DNA of 64,000 nucleotides from Octopus vulgaris (taxonomy: Eukaryota). The stretch lies in the NCBI GenBank assembly GCA_951406725.2, contig OX597827.1:50282001-50346000 (forward strand), in the 5' to 3' direction. A model generated the notes under the pieces. It made no database searches. It had not been told where the DNA came from and saw only the letters and a list, made by a program, of their open reading frames with translations. Below, in pieces: positions 26,149 through 39,674 of this stretch. Both the position numbers and the translations under genes were made by a program. Position 1 is the stretch's first letter, and each line of letters starts with the position of its first letter.

Positions 26149-26704
26149 TGCCTTGATACAGTACTAGACAGTGGCTCTCATGGTTTCTGATCTTAACTGA
26201 TTGCAAGTGTTATCATGTCCATGTTTTGTCTTGTTATAAATGATGGGCTACAGCAAATATTCTGCTCAATACCACAGATTTACTTGTGAGTTGCATGACC
26301 GTAACCAGTTGAGCATGTCACATATAGTGGCTGACGATATGTGCATCTCTGATCACGAGAAGGAGTAGTGGAGAGGCATCATATCCATGTGCTGAGAGAA
26401 ATTCTTTGGGGTTCGAGTAATTCACCTCTGGAAATATGGGCGTTTCGGTCATCATCCTTAAACAACCTTTATTCAGGGCCTTTTGAGTGGGACGGGTTTT
26501 GCAATCAGAAGTAAGTTCTAACTGGGCCCCACCTGCAATGTCATGCACTGTTTATCTTGATATTAGCTCACCATATCATGCACATATGGTTGTGATACAT
26601 GTGCTTGATGTACCTTCATCAGAAGGGTAGTCATGATGGCTATATTGGGTTTCGTATATTTGTACCCTAGTGTCACTTTGGTGGCATGCATTGCACTCTC
26701 ACTC
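26149..26704 (+). mobile_element. (TAA)n-associated ~556-bp retroposon, full length, older copy
   Basis: Starts tgccttgatacagtac, ends ctctcactc(aat)n. Confidence 0.85.
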
Positions 26705-26796
<92 letters not shown>

Positions 26797-27143
26797 TGAT
26801 GATGATGATGATGAAGAGAGACGGTTCCGGGCTAAATAACAACATGGACGTAAATTAAGAAGCTCTCTCCACAAAACAAACTCAATCCAATAACATCGGA
26901 TCGATGGAAAACTTCGCAATACAGCTGTGGGGAAAGTTTTGTTAAAGTATAGGAACTAAAAACCGGAAAGATTTTTGTCATATAAAGTGTAGTTTCTTTC
27001 TTAAATGCACGAAGAACTCGAAACCAGCGCCAGGAAACTTGGAAAAACACCACTTAAAGAGTAAGTACGTAATTTGAATATTTACCTATACATGTAAATG
27101 TCCACGCATCCATGTACGCATATTTATAGGCAACAGAAATAAT

Positions 27144-27376
27144 TATTTCTTTACTGCCCACAAGGGGCTACACACAGAGGAGACAAACAAGGATAGACAA
27201 ACGGATTAAGTCGATTATATCAACCCCAGTGCGTAACTGGTACTTCTTTAATCGACCCCGAGAGGATGAAAGGTAAAGTCGACCTCAGCGGAATTTGAAC
27301 TCAGAACGTAACGGCAGACGAAATACCGCTAAGCATTTCGCCCGGCGTGCTAACGTTTCTGCCAGCTCGCCGCCTT
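27144..27376 (-). mobile_element. tRNA-derived SINE, family 2, full length with 16-17-bp TSD
   Basis: taggcaacagaaataat at 27127-27143 and 27376-27392; B box gagttcaaatt. Confidence 0.92.
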
Positions 27377-27612
27377 AGGCAACAGAAATAATGTCTACAG
27401 GACGCACACGTACACACCCAGAAAATAAAAGAAAAAAACACGTGTCACGAGCGATATCGTACCAAATATAAGCAATTACGAAGGGACTTCCCACAAACAA
27501 ATATAAAAAAGAGCAAATTAGTCACTCAGTTTAAAACATAACCAAACAGTTATGCTGGAAAAAAAAGCTACCAAGAAAAAAAATATAGGCTATTTTCGAT
27601 GTATCAGCATCG

Positions 27613-27933
27613 GAGACCCCCTTCGGTCACGAATGACCATGGAATTGCCCCTAGAAAGTTACCCTCCGAGGCACAAGTCCGAGCAAGGTTGTTTGTGGAA
27701 GACCAGCAGTCGCCCATGCATACCAGCCTCCCTTCTCCACGCCACCGATGTCATCCAAGGGAAAGGCAAAGGCCGATGCAGCTTGGCACCAGTGACGTCG
27801 CAACTCATTTCTACAGCTGAGTTAACTGGAGCAATGTGAAATAGAGTGTCTTGCTCAAGAACACAACATGCAGCCCTGTCCGGGATTCGAACTCACAACC
27901 TTCACGGTCGTAAGCTCGACGCTCTAATCACTG
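27613..27933 (-). mobile_element. tRNA-derived SINE, family 4
   Basis: Minus-strand head with gagttcgaatccc B box; central block shared with 15870-15920; distinct tail. Confidence 0.75.
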
Positions 27934-28024
27934 ATATGATAAATATATCCATTCGAAGAACAAGGAAACGGTGTCAGGTTAAAAAGCCAACTCTGAACAA
28001 ACAGATCCGTCTCCTATTGTCACT

Positions 28025-28500
28025 GTCAATTTTCCAGTTAGCACTGCCAGAACGATCCAGGCTAATCGAGCAGACATGATTATTAAAGACAAGGAAGAAA
28101 AGACTTGTAAACTAATAGACGTAAGTGTTCCCACTGATGAAAATATATCTGTCAAGGGATTTGACAGACTACGTAAATATAAGGACCTGGAAATTGAAAT
28201 ACAAAAGATGTGGCATCTTAAAACGAGAACTATTCTTGTTATTGTAGGTATGGTAAAAAAAAGAGATGTCAGAAACATGTAGATAAGATCCCAGTAAAAT
28301 CATATCTCAGAAAAATCCAAAAGATTGTGATGAAAAGTATTGCTAATATCCTTAGAAAAACCCTATCCATTTAAAGATATTTCATGACATCTCCTCCCCA
28401 AGCTTTCAGTCGTACTGTAGGATCTCTTATCCTTCACTCGCCCCAAGACGCTGGGTGTGTCTCGGCAAGTGACTGTAACAAACATGCAGATTAAAAGTAA
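28025..28500 (+). mobile_element. R4/Dong-like LINE 3' fragment (RLE endonuclease)
   Basis: ANRADMIIKD...LIDVSVP.D.N...KYKDLEIEIQKMWHL; ends at (TAA)n. Confidence 0.85.
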
Positions 28501-28520
28501 AATAATAATAATAATAATAA

Positions 28521-28622
28521 TACAGTAACCATCAGAGCATCACAACAAATCACAGCACATGCCCAAGGCACACAGAGCTGCGCTCGGTAGTGAAGTGAAA
28601 GCACGCTATAAAAATAAAGCTA

Positions 28623-28707
<85 letters not shown>

Positions 28708-29194
28708 GTAATAATAAACGAGAAAACAACCATACTATGGGATATGCCAATACACACAGATAGAGAAATTGAGGCCAATAGACCAGATATAGTTATCGGA
28801 GATCATGAAGAAATAAAATGCTTTTTTATTGATGTATCAATACCGGCAGATGACAATGTTTCTCTAAAAGAAATGGAGAAACTTTCAAAATACAAAGACC
28901 TGGAAATAGAGGTAATTCGAATGTGGAATCTAAAACTAGAAACAATTCCTATCATAGTGGGCGCATTAGGTATTATAAAAATATTCAGACAAATACATAA
29001 CAAAAACACCAGGACTTAGAAATATATATAACATACAGAAAATTGCACTACTGGACACTGCGCACATCCTACGCAAAACACTTTCAATACAGTAACCATC
29101 AGAGCATCACAACAAACCACAGCACATACCCAAGGCACACAAAGCTGCACTCGGTAGTGAAGTGAAAGCACGATATAAAAATAAAACTACTGAA
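28521..29194 (+). mobile_element. Two Dong-like family A 3' fragments (28521-28627 UTR only; 28716-29194) separated by (TAA)n
   Basis: LWDMPIHTDREIEANRPDIV...KYKDLEIEV; 3' UTR closely matches 46081-46190. Confidence 0.9.
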
Positions 29195-29214
29195 TAATAA
29201 TAGTAATAATAATA

Positions 29215-30880
29215 GAACTAGAAAAGAAAGACCAGGCGGTAGGAAAGACAAGCAACAACATAAGGAATACAGCTCAAACCAAAGTATCTAAAAGAAAAAA
29301 TAATAAGAGGGCTACCAATAAAGAAAGGACAATGGGCACCAGCGACTCAAGTGATTTAATTATGGAAGATCAAAAGATTTTAGATGAGTTACAGGAAGTA
29401 ATGAGTAAAGAAGTAAGAAAAAAGATTGCCTGCGTTAAAAGGCACCAACAGAAGGAAGCTTTTAGAAATGACTAGGAAAGTAGATTCTGTCATCAGTAGG
29501 TTAGATATTAAAAATATGGGAGACACTAACTTACTGATTTATGCAGGAGGGGTAGAAGTCGCCAGAAGGTTAGATATATCACAGGGAAAGATTTAAAAAG
29601 AGCAAATGTGGAAAAGGTGACTACAAAATAAAGTGAAAACTTTAAGACAAGATATCAGTACAATAGAAGCTTGGGAACTGAAGAAATTGGGAAACACAAG
29701 ATGCAAATCTTCCTTTCGAATAAAGATACTTAATCAAAAAGAAAGGATTTGGGACAGCGTGTCGTAGTAGTAGCAGGCAAGCTCTCCAGATATCAGAAAA
29801 GAATAGATGAGTATCAACAGATTAGATTATTTAAGACAAGCCAGAGGAGATTTTATAACCAAATAAATAGTGAAGAACTAAGTACTTAAGATGAGAAGCC
29901 TAATGCAGAAGAAGCTAGAAGGTTCTGGAATAATATCTGGGATAAGTCAGTCAATGATGGAGATGCAGTATGGTTAAAGAAAGTGAAGGAAGAAGTATTG
30001 AGTGAGAAGCAGCAAAATCTAAGTTTAACTAGTGCATTAACGAGTAAAGTATTAGGAAAAATGCCGAATTGGAAGGGACCAGGACCAGATTTAGTTTAAG
30101 GGTACTGGCTAAAGAAATTTAGTAGTTTACATGGGAGGCTGAGGGAACAACTTCAAGAGTGCCTTAATGGAGGAATTATACCAGATTTGATGACTAGAGG
30201 AAGGACAATATTAATCATGAAAGATAGAGTAATACAGCTAGCAACTATAGACCAATCACTTGCTTACCAGTAGTGTGTAATCTGTTAACTGGTATGCTTT
30301 CAGAAAGCATTTACGAGCACCTTGGCAATCAGAAATTACTGGGAGAACAGAAAAGTTGCAGGAAGAAGGCTAGAGGAAAGCATGTTCTATTACACATAGA
30401 CAAAGCAGTTCTAAATGAAGTAAAAGCTAGAAAGAAAAATCTAACAATAGCATGGATAGATTATAGGAAAGCCTATGACATGATCCACACTCATGGATAA
30501 GTGAATGTTTGAGTATATTCAGTATAGAATGACGACATAAGAGAATTAATTAGCTTTAGCATGAAGAAATAGAAAGTTGATATCTACTCGGGTGATACAC
30601 TGTTAGGGAAGTTAATATCAAAACAGGCATTTTTCCAGAGGGACTCGTTGTTCCCTTTAATATATAAATATTTCTCGTATGTTTGATCACCCTCAGTTTA
30701 GTATTAGGGACCTCAGAGGCAGGTTATTAGTTCAGAAATAGAAAAGGAAAAATTAACCATTTGTTCTACATGAATGATCTGAAGCTTTTCAGTAAGAACG
30801 AAAAAGAGATAGATTCTTTAATATAGTCTGTAAGACTCTTCAGCAAAGATATAGGCATGGAATTTGGCATAGATAAGTGT
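29215..30880 (+). mobile_element. R4-clade LINE RT fragment, degenerate
   Basis: MPNWKGPGPD, NYRPITCL, AWIDYRKAYD, GIFQ.DSL, HLFYMNDLKL, GMEFGIDKC. Confidence 0.9.
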
Positions 30881-30889
30881 TCATCCCCA

Positions 30890-33310
30890 GACTGCTTGTA
30901 AACAAAGCTAGAGGCAGGAAGAAGGTAGGATAAGGAGGTAGACTGAACAGTAATTGAATACTGGATCAGGAGTGAATCCAGCAGAGGGGATTCCAACAAG
31001 GAATGAAAGCAAAATGGAATGAGATAGGACTCTTCGAAACAAGTAAGCAACGGTTTGCCGACCAGGCAAGAGCAATAAGAACAAAAGGTTGGTTAACAGA
31101 CATAGAAATAGAAGAGATAAAAAGAAAAGTAGAAGATAGAAGTAATACTTCACCAACAGATAACGTGCCCAGTCAGAATAGGTAAATGAAAGGCGGTAGT
31201 GAAGAAGTAGAGCAAAGTGTAAATGTAAATGCATTCTCAGCAAATGAAGCAGAAGTAATAGGAAGAGCTATATCGGAAGAATACGATGATGACCAGCGAG
31301 ACATAGTGAGGACGCTGCGCAGATATATTCGAAAAGACCAGGATAAAGAACCACGAAACCTGAGGTACATTGACCGACGCAAACTCAAGGTTGAAACCAA
31401 AAAGATTCGGTTCTTCGGCTATTCCGGACGAGAAATATAACTGAAACTAACAATATTATTTGGGATGCAACTATGGTTGCTGCAGATAGAGCTGGATACA
31501 AATGAAAAGAACAAACAGAAGGTAAAGAACCACACTGGTGTAGGCGAGTTTGTGAGAAACAAACAAAATTAAAAAGATGTTTAGAAAAGTTGATAGATTG
31601 AATAGAGGAAGATTGCAGAACAAAAGCATAAGATATAATGCTGGAAAGATCATATAGAATAAAAGATAAAGGTTATGATGTGATACTAGAAGATCTGAAA
31701 CAAAGTAATAGCAATCAAAGCAAAACTGGAAAGACATGACAATAAAAAAGTTCAGGCAAAATAGATTGTTTGAAACAAATCAGAAGAAACTCTTTCATGA
31801 ACTAGATGGACAAATACACGTAACAATGATACCTGAGGCAGAGGAAAGCAAGGCAGTCTGGAGAGGGATTTAGGACCAATGTGAAAAGCATAATGATGAA
31901 GCAGAGTGGTGCAGGAAATCCAAAATGTGCTGCGATGGTGATGAGACGAGGAAAGCTTACTAGGACAGAAGGCATATGTTTGCCAAGTGGTGAAATTATG
32001 GAGGCAATTCAACCTCAGGCCAGCTATAAATACCTGGGAATACTTGAGGCAGATAGAATCAAATTACAAAAAGAGAGTACCTGCGGCGAGTGAGAAAAAT
32101 ATTGGCTTCAAAGCTGAACATCTGAAACATAATTTCGGTAATAAACTCGCGCGCAGTCGCAGTAGTTTGGTATGGCGCTGGAATCTGGAAGTGAACAGAG
32201 GAGGGCTAAAAGAGATGAAAGTCAAGAAAGCTCCTAACGATGCTTGGAGCCCATAAATCGCGTGCAGACACAGATCGCCTATACATGAGGAGAGCAAATG
32301 GAGGAAAGGGACAGGTAAGTGTGGAAGACTGCGTGCGTATCGAACTCGAGAGTTTAATGAGATACCTTGCCCAAAGTAAGGAAACCTTGCTACTGACAGT
32401 TAGGAACGAGGAAGTATTGGAGGCAGAGAAAAAAAGGGAAAACAAAGGAATTGGTACAAAAAGGACTTGTAGAAGAATTACACAAGAAGAGACTACACAA
32501 TCAATTCCATGTAGCCACAACAGAAGTTGCTGGAAAAAATAAGTGAGATTGGCTGATGACAGGAACCCTAAAAAAAGAGATCGAGAGCGCTATACTGACT
32601 GCGCAGGACCAAGCTCTGGCCACGAACTGGAGGGTCAACGGGAGGAATGAGAAAGTGTCTCCGCTGTGCCGCATCTGCAGTAGAGTGGATGAAACCATTG
32701 CCTATATCACGAACGACTGCCCTAGACTTGCCCCAAACCACTACAAATTGTGGCAACAAGACCAGGTAGCGAAAGTGCTACATTGGGAACTGCGAAAAGT
32801 GGGGGATAGAGAGAGGCAAGACGTGGAAGGAGCACAAACTGCAGAGAATGGCAGAGATGGAGACTAGCAAAATCCTCTGGGATTTCCCACTCCAAAAAGA
32901 TCAGATGCTAGCGCATAACATGCCAAACTTAGTAGTGGTGGACAAGGTGTACCACATATGCTATAATTGTTGACGTTGCATGCCCCTTTGATCCACGAAT
33001 AGTCAAGAAGGAAGGCGAAAAGATAGATACAACCCTCTTAAGTACGAAGTAGCCTGGCTATGGGAAATGAAGCAGGTGAAGATAGTGCCAATTATTGTTA
33101 GCTCCTTGGGAACAATATCAGAAGGCATCAAAAGGAATATAAAGAAATTGGAATAGAGTGCCCAGTAGTTACAAAAGGTTTGCCTCCTTGGCACGGCCAG
33201 AATAATCAGGAATGTAAAAGATAGCTGAAAACAATGGATAGCATGCTATCATAGGCTGCAGGTAGCAAGCCCGCTATGGATGCAAGATTCCAGTGATAAA
33301 GAGAAAATAA
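30890..33310 (+). mobile_element. R4-clade LINE pieces: N-terminal region joined to post-RT, CCHC and RLE region
   Basis: [14 protein letters not shown]; junction ~31922; YKYLGILE, AQDQAL.T, CRIC...ET, WDFP, DVACP. Confidence 0.85.
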
Positions 33311-33544
33311 TAATGATGATTTTTTTTTATTATTTGATGAAAACTCTCAGCTTATTTTGATGAGAATGCTGGAAAGTGTCAGCTGTCCACAGCCAGTAGA
33401 CTTACATAACACTTGTTTATTGGTCAAGCTTCAAGAAACCCAAGAACAATTTTAACTGATATCACGTCCACTCTCTTCATTGACCACAACCTGCGCATTT
33501 CGTACTTGAAATCATTAAAGCTGTTCAGTTATTATTATTATTAT

Positions 33545-34660
33545 TTATGGCTTCCTTTCATTATAACTTTATTTCAACTCTCTTAGTACCAGGCATCCTA
33601 CGGAGGCCAGAAGTAGCAAAGGCACTTTTGTTTTGCTATGCATGCTAAAACTATCACCACATTTATTCCATTTTAGATGAAGAGTGCTTTCCGTAGTATA
33701 TCGGCTGTACCCATCAAGGTTATTTTTTGTAGTTCACGGAGATTAGGGTTACCAGGGAGTTGCTTAATATACTTCTCAGATCCCTTCTTTATCTTTTCGA
33801 ACGCAACAGTCACTATTGGTATTATCGTAGTACTAAGCTTCCACATTTTTGTGATTTTAATTTGCAGATCTTTATAGTGAGAAAGCTTTTCATATTCTTT
33901 CTTGAGACATTTTAATCTTGTGGGACTGACATACCTATTACCAGACAAGTTCCTCTGTTTAGTCCTTGATCACAATGTCTGGTCGATTGGAGTCAATTTT
34001 TCTCTCTGTTTGTATTGGGAATTTAGAAAAGATATGACGCCTCGTATCTAGATGGAGCCTGTACCACTTATCATGGGATTTAATTTTGTAGTATTTACAA
34101 GCATTCCAGTGAATGTACTTCCCTAGTCTGTCTTGTCTTATAAGGTACTCTTTTTCAGCGACGCCTGGACAGTCAGAAACAACATGATCAATTGTCTCTG
34201 CGAATTTTCCGCAATTCTGCACGAGGGGTCAGATCCATCTTTAAGGACGTTTGCATGGTAGTTTCTGGTAGGTAAGCTCTGATCTTGCGCTGCAGTAACA
34301 AAACCTGTTTCCCCTTTCAGACCTGTCCTTTGTAGCCATTGGCGTGTTAGGTTTTGATCAATATCTGGCTTGGACAGGCGATTAGGGTATTTTCCATTCA
34401 GGAGTTTGCCTTTCCAGTTGTCTTCGATATTATTCATACAAGCCTTCTTTGCTTTTTGTTTGATGATTTTTTGCATCAGTGATGAGGTTATCCCGAATCG
34501 GATCTCGTTAGTCTTTCTGATTGTTAATTTCTAAATCAAGAGAAGCAATGGTAGGTCTGTTAGTATTTGGTTGTCTTTGGTCATTCTTATTGTTAACTTT
34601 TTTAATTTCTTACTAAGCTTGCTTGGAATCTTCATGCTTCAGTGCAGTTCGTAAGAACGT
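33545..34660 (-). mobile_element. R4/Dong-like LINE 3' fragment
   Basis: AAQDQSLPTRNY, ETIDHVVSDC, NRPDIVIKD, YKDLQI; 3' end in (TAA)n. Confidence 0.88.
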
Positions 34661-34665
34661 ATCAC

Positions 34666-34930
34666 GGTATTTCGTCTGTCTTTACGTTCTGAGTTCAAAT
34701 TCTACCGAGGTCGACTTTGCCTTTCATCCTTTTGGCGTCGATAAATTAAGTACCAGTTGCGTACTGGGGTCAATTTAATCGAATGGCACCTCCCCGAAAA
34801 TTTCGGGCCTTGTGCCTAAAGTAGTAAAGACTATTATGGCAGCGAGCTGGTAGGATCGCTAGTGCGCAGAACAAAATGTTTAGCGGCATTTCGTCTGTCT
34901 TTACATTTTGGGTTCAAATTCCGCTACTTT
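34666..34930 (+). mobile_element. Two SINE family 2-related fragments
   Basis: gagttcaaattctaccgaggtcgactttgcc core and a second head at ~34838. Confidence 0.75.
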
Positions 34931-34939
34931 GCCTTCTAG

Positions 34940-35920
34940 GCATACAAATCTAATTAGTTCTAGTGCATGGTAATATAAGTAGCAGGTATTTTATCTTGAT
35001 GGCTGGTGATAGCAAATCGCCTCAAATCTCAAGAATCTTTCTTAGGATTCTTGCAGAATATAGGACGGTACTTTTTTGCTTGTCGACAATGCGAGTTTCA
35101 GTTCCAATCTTTCAATCATTTAACTAGCAATTTGGGTGCTGTGCCAAACGCACTTGTTACTACAGGTATAATTTTTGACTTGATCTTCCACAGCTCACCT
35201 CAGCTCTCCAGCTCGATCCTGATATTTCTCCATCTTTTCAATTTCTTTATCAACGCAGTTATCACAGAAAATTTCAAAATTTTTGACGTTGCACTGCTTG
35301 TTTATTTTGTTCTCTACAATCATTTCTGGTCTTCTTGCTTCAATAATACGGTTAGTCTTTATGGAGAAGTACCGCAAGATCTTGTAGCTTTCATTTTCTA
35401 TCACAGCTGGCTCTTGCTATACAACTTTTCTGTTGTTTTGAACCTAACATCCCAATGTACTCTTTTTCCTACACAGTCGTCTCTGCGCTTATACTCCTTT
35501 TGTCCTAGAGTAATGCACTCACTCAAACGGTGAGAGATACTTTTGTCTCCTTTTCTGCAGATTCCACATTTACTGTCTGAATGAGTTTTGTCGATCTTTT
35601 CCTTTATCAGATTTGTTCTAAGGGCTTACTCCTGAGCGGCTATAATTAGCGTTTTTGTCTCTCGTTTCAAGTTCCCAACCGTTCACCAGAATCAGCGATC
35701 TTTTACTTCCAACATTCTTGATTAGTTGCATGAATTGGTCATGTGATTCCATTTCTTTCCCTTTGTTTATTTTGTTGTTCTTCCTTTTCTCTTTGAATTC
35801 TGTTTCAGCCATTTTTTTTTAGGTATTTCTGGCTGCTAATAGTATTCATTATTTACTCTGCACAACATATTTTTTCTGATCCTGCATCGCAATATTAACA
35901 GTATCTTCTGCATTCCGCTT
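34940..35920 (-). mobile_element. R4-like LINE 3' fragment, degenerate
   Basis: ENESYKIL....TNRIIEARRPE...KEIEKMEKYQD. Confidence 0.75.
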
Positions 35921-35925
35921 TCTTT

Positions 35926-36098
35926 TCTCTGCTCGTGATTAGAGATGCACATATTATCAGCCACAAACGGACATGCTCAACTGGTTATGGTCAAGCAAGT
36001 TACAAATAAATCTGTGGTACTGAGTAGAATATTTACTATAGCCCATTTTTTATACCTAGATAAAACAATGTACATGATAACACTTCCCAGCAGTTAAG

Positions 36099-36100
<2 letters not shown>
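35926..36100 (-). mobile_element. Partial copy of the (TAA)n-associated retroposon
   Basis: Homologous to 16868-17026. Confidence 0.8.
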
Positions 36101-36184
<84 letters not shown>

Positions 36185-36189
36185 CATCA

Positions 36190-36259
<70 letters not shown>

Positions 36260-36268
36260 CATCATCAT

Positions 36269-36822
36269 TGGGTGAGAGAGCAGCGCATGCCATCAAAGTG
36301 ACACTGGAGTAAAATATACGAAGCCCAGTATAACTATCATGACCACCCGTCTGATAAGGGTACACTAGGCACATGCATCGCAACCATATGTGTGCGACAT
36401 GCTGAACTCATATCAAGATAAACAGCACATGACCTTGCAAGTGGGGCCCAGTTAGAATTTTCTTCTGGTCGAGTAACCCATCTCACTCAAAAGGTCCCTG
36501 AATAAGGGTTGTTTAAGAATGTTGAACGAAACGCCCATGTTTCCAGAGTTGAATTATTCAAACCCCAAAGAATCCCTCTCAAAACATGGCTATGATGCTC
36601 CCCCACTACTTCTGATCATAATCAGAGATGTACATATCGTCAGCCACTAAGGGACAAGCTCACCTGGATAAGGTCAAACAACTGACAAGCAAATCTGTGG
36701 TATTGAGCAGAATATTTGCTGTAGCCCATCTTCTATACCAAGACAAAACAATGTACATGATAACACTTCCAGTCGGTTAAGATCAGAAGCCACGAGAACC
36801 ACTGCCTGGTACTGCATCAGGG

Positions 36823-36824
<2 letters not shown>
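36269..36824 (-). mobile_element. (TAA)n-associated ~556-bp retroposon, full length
   Basis: tgggtgagagagcag...gcatcagggca between (TTA)n tracts. Confidence 0.88.
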
Positions 36825-36918
<94 letters not shown>

Positions 36919-36924
36919 CATTAT

Positions 36925-36999
<75 letters not shown>

Positions 37000-37005
37000 A
37001 ACAAC

Positions 37006-37070
<65 letters not shown>

Positions 37071-37645
37071 TAGAAGCTTTTATTAGAAATGTTTATTATT
37101 ATCATTATCATTACTATCAGCAATAAAAAGAAATAGATCATTACGAATAACAATAGGGGGTGAAAAAAAAAACGGCATTGTAAAATATTCCGAGTGAAGT
37201 CTGCATTTCCATTATTGACAATTGCAGCATAAACCAAACACCAAATAGTTGAGGACTAATTTCTAATCTCCCATTACACATATTCCAGTGCTGCAAGGCA
37301 TCTTCTAAAATGTTGCCATAATATTTCTTTCTAACCAACACGATTTTACCCTGTTTCATTCCATGCCCAAATGTTATCAAATAAAAGTGTGTATTGATTA
37401 TGAATGATATATCAAAATCAATAGTGCAGAAAACCAAAATAATAGAATAGGCAACCGAACAGTTAGACATAGAGAAACTACGTTCTTTTATATTCATTAT
37501 TATGTAGACATTAATGTAGACACATACAGGCGCGTTGGCTCACACCGGCGCACTAATATGCTTGTACGTAAACATGCATAAATACACAGACACATGTTCA
37601 CTTCCATATATGTATGTATGAGTGTGGGACTATATATATATATGT

Positions 37646-37686
<41 letters not shown>

Positions 37687-37687
37687 T

Positions 37688-37718
<31 letters not shown>

Positions 37719-37874
37719 CTTGTGTATGTGTATGTATACGCACATATATACATGCGTATATTTACATATACATAGTCAAAAGGAATACATTTACACAAAG
37801 AACCAGGCATGCATAAATGAGAACACACACATATATGAATATATATACACATATACACACATATCTATCCATCG

Positions 37875-37928
<54 letters not shown>

Positions 37929-37942
37929 TTATCTCTCTCTCA

Positions 37943-37997
<55 letters not shown>

Positions 37998-38193
37998 GGG
38001 GGTGGGTGCATGTATCTATATATATGTATATATATATGTATAAATATACATAAACATATATTTACATATACATGGTGAAAATTAATACATTCACACAAAA
38101 AAAGAACCAGGCATGCGTACAGGAGAATACACACGTATACGAACACACACTCACACACACAAATATATTCATACATATAAATACATACATATA

Positions 38194-38242
<49 letters not shown>

Positions 38243-38899
38243 ACATGTGTATCTGTTTTATCTGCATATATACATATATATGTATATATATATATATATA
38301 CATATGTATATGTGTGTGTATCTATATAAATATATATAAAAATACATATGTATCTATGTATCCTTGTATGGATGTGTGCATATGTGTGTGTAAGTACGTA
38401 GACACGCATATATCTTATACATGAATGGCAGTTTCTGTCTGTTACCAACTTGCTGCCTACACCAGTGAACCAATCTTGACAAAACTTTTCATACATGTTA
38501 AACTAACACCCAGTTCAAATATAAGCTAATTGGATTTCAATAAAAACCTATAATGGGGCCCCCTGGGGGCGGTATTGTTTGATAAAATGAGAAGGGTGCA
38601 AAGAATGTTAGTGTGAAGGAAATGTGGTGGCATAGTGAGTGTGGCTAATATCAGGGAAGAGGAGAACAACGTTGTGTAAGCGACAAATATAGAGTAGCAG
38701 TGGGATGAAATGTTAATACAGCTGTCATTCACGGATATACTCGACGGCGCATACATACTTTCGTAAATACATAGATTCATGCAAACAAACAATACATACA
38801 CATGCACATGCACATAACTAACTTTTAAAACGCTGAGGAAGGGAAAGGAAGTTGAGTGCGAGAAATACGTAGCTTTAAGGAGAGAGGAGGTAGGTGGCT

Positions 38900-39300
38900 T
38901 TTCGTATAACCAACAGTGGGGTTTTATTTCGCTTTTTTCGTAGCAGTTAAATAGATCATTATTCAATTCATAACTCCAAGAGAAATGAGTTTTGTAATTA
39001 CGGTTTATTCTATAACTACAGCTGGAAAGAGATTGTTTACCTGCTGAGATGTTTTCGTTCTGTTCCTCGATTGTGTTGTTGATGTTTTGTCCACCCATGT
39101 TGTTTGTAATAACTCTCTGCTTGCTAAATTCAAGTTTCAGTTGAAAATCACTACGATCGTGAATAAAAGGCTCCCTCAGTTAATTCATCTGAAGATTAAC
39201 CAGTTATTTAAAAAAGGCTGATAGTTGTGGCTTCAGAGTTGGAGATAGTATTCATCGTATTTTCAATAAATAGTCTCCCACGCCAAATACGCGACTTGTC
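38900..39300 (-). mobile_element. RLE-LINE (R4-like) N-terminal fragment
   Basis: FSWSYELNNDLFNCYEKS resembles the R4 N-terminal W..E.N..L..CY..S motif. Confidence 0.45.
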
Positions 39301-39320
39301 GCTTCGGGTATGTATGTATG

Positions 39321-39354
<34 letters not shown>

Positions 39355-39471
39355 TGTATGTATGTATGTATGTATGTATGTATGTATGTATGTATGTGTG
39401 TATGTATGTATGTAGGTAGGTAGGTATGTATGTATAGGCAGACAGACAGATAGTCAGACAGACAGACAGAC

Positions 39472-39510
<39 letters not shown>

Positions 39511-39561
39511 CAGATAGATAGATGGATAGATATATAGAAAGATAGATAGATAGATAGATAT

Positions 39562-39622
<61 letters not shown>

Positions 39623-39638
39623 GAGATAGAGAGATAGA

Positions 39639-39674
<36 letters not shown>

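Noticed and set aside
36740-36824. HDV-like or twister ribozyme at the 5' end of the 556-bp element
   Set aside because: Could not assemble P3/L3/P1.1 or the twister pseudoknots by hand
36269-36824. Solo LTR interpretation (TG...CA ends)
   Set aside because: One-sided truncation and strict TAA context fit TPRT better; not formally excluded
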